The notes beneath the pieces were generated by a model. It searched no databases. It was given only the letters and a program-made list of their open reading frames with translations, and was not told the DNA's origin. Positions 63,395-64,000 of a DNA stretch of 64,000 bases are shown piece by piece. The stretch spans positions 68,812,386 to 68,876,385 of the forward strand of contig NC_057721.1 of the NCBI RefSeq assembly GCF_004010195.1. Direction: 5' to 3'. Every line of letters begins with the position of its first letter. The stretch's first letter is position 1. The translations under genes were made by a program, and so were the position numbers. Source of the DNA: Chiloscyllium plagiosum (lineage: Eukaryota).

Positions 63395-64000
63395 CAAATT
63401 GGATGTGAGCATGGGAGGTATACTTAGTAAGTTTGCAGATGGCACCAAAACTGGAGATGTAGTGGACAGCAAAGAAGGTTACCTCAGATTACAACGGGAT
63501 CTTATCAGATGGGCCACTGGGCAAATGGAGTTTAATTCAGATAAATGTGAGGTGCTGCATTTTGGGAAAGCAAATCTTAGCGGGAATTATACACTTAATG
63601 GTAAGGTCCTAGGGAGTGTTGCTCAACAAAGAGACCTTGGAGTTCAGGTTCATAGCTCCTTGAAAGTGGAGTTGCAGGTAGATATGATAGTGAAGAAGCA
63701 TTTGGTATGCTTTCCTTTATTGGTCAGAGTATTGAGTACAGAAGTTGAGAGGTCATTATGCGGCTGTACAGGGCATTGGTTAGGCCACTGTTGAAATATT
63801 GCGTGCAATTCTGGTCTCCTTCCTATCGGAATAATGTTGTGAAACTTGAAAGGGTTCAGAAGGATGTTGCCAGGGTTGGAGGATTTGAGCTATAGGGAAA
63901 GGCTGAACAGGCTGGGGCTGTTTTCCCTGGAGGATCGGAGGCTGAGGGGTGACCTTATAGAGGTTTATAAAACCATGAGGGGCATGGATAGGATAAACAG
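63395..64000 (+). mobile_element. CR1 (HER1-like) RT fragment, continuing past the window end
   Basis: SKFADGTKTG...QMEFNSDKCEVLHFGK...QRDLGVQVHSSLK. 63830-64000 closely matches 1380-1560. Confidence 0.92.

Overview
Eukaryotic, not prokaryotic. This is AT-rich, repeat-dense cartilaginous-fish (shark) genomic DNA, inferred from many HE1 V-SINEs and their partner CR1/HER1 LINEs. An orectolobiform bamboo or carpet shark is my guess. Most of the window is decayed retroelements: CR1, Rex1/Babar, RTE, Tx1, Penelope, Gypsy/LTR relics and three SINE families. Nearly all ORFs in the track are repeat-derived or spurious. The only convincing host-gene signal is a promoter (CCAAT, CRE-like, TATA-like) followed by a first exon encoding Met-Ser-Glu and a GT donor at ~46.0-46.15 kb (+). 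This fits PCP4/PCP4L1 exon 1, but no later exon was found. The most striking pattern is a set of more than 15 short Penelope-derived elements with minimal type I hammerhead ribozyme motifs. Their helices covary between subfamilies, many have 7-16 bp target-site duplications, and several fold back as inverted repeats. Also present: a 16-copy 47-bp minisatellite, a locally templated inverted insertion, and candidate enhancers. Repeat boundaries are approximate and were read by eye.
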